Below are positions 49,056 to 51,131 of a stretch of DNA of 51,131 nt, piece after piece. The stretch's first letter is position 1. Every line of letters begins with the position of its first letter. The notes under the pieces were generated by a model. It saw only the letters and a list, made by a program, of their open reading frames with translations, did not search any database and was not told the origin of the DNA. Origin of the DNA: Reclinomonas americana ATCC 50394 (Eukaryota); the NCBI GenBank assembly GCA_048213135.1, contig PS015133.1:138167-189297 (forward strand), written 5' to 3'. The translations under genes were made by a program, and so were the position numbers.

Positions 49056-51131
49056 TTACGAGGGTAACCGCCGACCACTGTCACCGACGCCTCCCAATGT
49101 CCGTGCGTCGAGTTCACGATTCAAGTCATCGATTCTACGCAGAGGTGCGGCCACTCGCCCTGCACGATACTGGTGAGCACGGGAAAAGATTGATGGACAA
49201 TCGCAGTGTGCAGTCTCACCTATGCTCTCGGTTAACCGCAATCCCAGCGCGTCGCGCCCACTGGCCACACTCGCGGGTCCTGCAGACTGACTGCGGACCT
49301 CAAGCATGCGCTGTTGTCGTTCGCGCTGTACCTGTGCGGGAGAGGGGGTTGAGTGAAAGGGGGAAAAGGGAAGGGGTAAAAGGAAAGGGAGGGGGAAAGT
49401 GAAGGAAAGGAGGAGAAGGAGAAAGAAAGGGGAAGACAGAAAGGGAAGGAAGGGAGAGAAAGGGTGTGAGGGAAGAGAAAGCATAGGAAGGGAGGGAAAC
49501 ATAGCAAGGACAGGAGGAAGAGAGAAAGCAAAGACGGGAAAGGCAGGGAAGAGAAAATAGTGAGAGGTAGACAGTAGGAGGGGAAACACAGAAGGACTGA
49601 GACGGAAAGAGAGAGAAGGAAAGGAGGGGAAGAAAGCGCTTTCAATGAGAGGTAGAGAAAGAGCTTTCAAAGGATGAAAGAATAGAGAGAAGCAAAGGTG
49701 GGAAAGTGCAAGGACAGGGAGAAAAGATAGAAATGTATCGAGGGGACGAAGGAAGGAAAGGAACGAAAGAGAGAAATGGAATGATAGGAAAAGAGGGGGA
49801 GGACAGAAAGGAAGCCGGTCTCAAACTGCATGCAATTGGGGGGAAGAGAAATAAGATGGAGGGGGCTAGAGATGGGGAAGGGCGAGAGAGGGGAAGGGAG
49901 AAAAGGAATTAAGAGAAAATGACCAAAAAGAAAGGAAAGGAAGAGCTTTCAAGGAAGGGAGGGAAAGAGAAGACAGCGCTTGTGTGATGCGATGCCTCCC
50001 TCATCTCGCAATCAGAGTCGGGGCTGATCAACCCTCTCCTCTCTCTCGGTGGACTCACCGATCGCCTTGATCGCGACGCCGTGCTCTCCAAACTGTTCAA
50101 TCGCTGTTCCAGTGCATCTACGCAAAATATAATAGCCGTGAGAATCATCAGTGCAAACATTCCTCTCTCTCTCTCGCTCAGTCTCTCTCCACACAAACCT
50201 CTTGTCAGCTGCAACTCCAGCGTCTTCGTCGCGTGTGAGCTCTTCTCCGCGCGCAAATCGTCTAGTTGCTGCTGCAGTGAGCGCTTCTCACGCTTGAATC
50301 TCCTCCGCAAATCCATCAAATCCTTCTCCGCCTGTCCTTTTTCTACTTTCAGTGCCTCGATAATGGTTTTGAAGGCGCTCCGCATGTTGAGCATCTTGTG
50401 CTGCGCGAGGAACACAATAATCAGCAATCTCGCCATGTGGTGGCCACAGCGACAACCGCCACGAACCGCAGTCTCGTCACGCATTTTCCGTTGCCGAACA
50501 GACTCGGCCTGCGCCTCGTCAATCTCCTTGTGTACCACCGCAAGCTCCGCCGCCAAACGATCTCGTTCTCGCCTGTACGCCCATCGATGTTTAGCAACTG
50601 CTCCCTTCACCGAGCACACACACACGAGTAGTGTACGCACTGCACTTGTTCGAGCGACTGCTCGCTGCCCGACGCCTTGCCGCTGAGATCCTCGGCACGC
50701 CTCTTGTGATGCTCCATCTCCTCCTCGGCACGAGCAGCCGCCCGCTTCGCCTCAGCCGCCGTCCTCTCCGCCTCGTCGGCCACCAACTGCATGCGCATTG
50801 CGAGTGAGACACGCAAAGAATCCTGTGACGATTCGCTCGACTCGCCGCCCACACCTGCTTCTTTAACAACTCCTCACGCAGTGTGGTCACCTCCTTGCGG
50901 CTCGAATCGGCATCGCTCTGCATGGACTCGCGATGCCGATCGGTTTCGGCACGCAGTTCCTCATTTTTTCGCAACAGCTGGTCGTGCTTCTCTTGCAGCG
51001 CACGCTTCTGGTTCTTCAGATCCGATATCTCCGACTGGAACAGCTCCTTGGTGCGCTCCACTCGCTCCTGCGCACGCTGCTCGGCCTCGACGACCTGCGC
51101 ACGACTGTCTTCAAGCCGCTTTGACAGCTCA
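49056..51131 (-). CDS. Coiled-coil protein, 3' portion (5' end outside window; exact last exon uncertain)
   Basis: In-phase exons encode charged helical sequence (ERTKELFQSEISDLKNQKRALQEKHDQLL..., RERDRLAAELAVVHKEIDEAQ..., HKMLNMRSAFKTIIEALK). The frame of the terminal exon(s) near 49332-49056 is ambiguous. Confidence 0.72.

Noticed and set aside
1-51131. tRNA, rRNA, snRNA genes or an autonomous transposon
   Set aside because: No recognisable signatures by eye and no transposase or reverse transcriptase motifs. A tRNAscan-SE/Infernal run would be needed to exclude them formally.

Overview
This is gene-dense eukaryotic nuclear DNA, most likely from a GC-rich heterotrophic protist with aerobic mitochondria; I cannot name the organism. 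It uses the standard genetic code and has many short (about 50-90 nt) GT-AG introns plus longer microsatellite-rich ones. There are 11 N-gaps, several with error-rich flanks typical of 454-type reads. The ORF track is fragmented by introns, so I rebuilt the genes by hand-splicing. In order: 3' part of a VPS13-family gene (+); a GT31 glycosyltransferase with a long unknown N-terminal region (-); an intronless secreted EGF-like Cys-rich protein (-); a Crinkler/RHS-type P-loop NTPase + restriction-endonuclease-fold protein that appears to start with a mitochondrial presequence (+); trimethyllysine dioxygenase (+); an FtsX/MacB-type ABC permease (-); a 6-exon Cys-rich membrane protein absent from the ORF track (-); a divergent VPS26 (+); an RCC1-repeat/coiled-coil protein (-); a very long coiled-coil protein (+); a second Cys-rich membrane protein (-); and the 3' part of another coiled-coil gene (-). 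The best candidates for novelty are the putatively mitochondrion-targeted Crinkler-like NTPase-nuclease, an abundant one-base-shifted 5' splice-site class (GTTGCG), and the two Cys-rich membrane proteins. All gene models are manual and lack transcript evidence.
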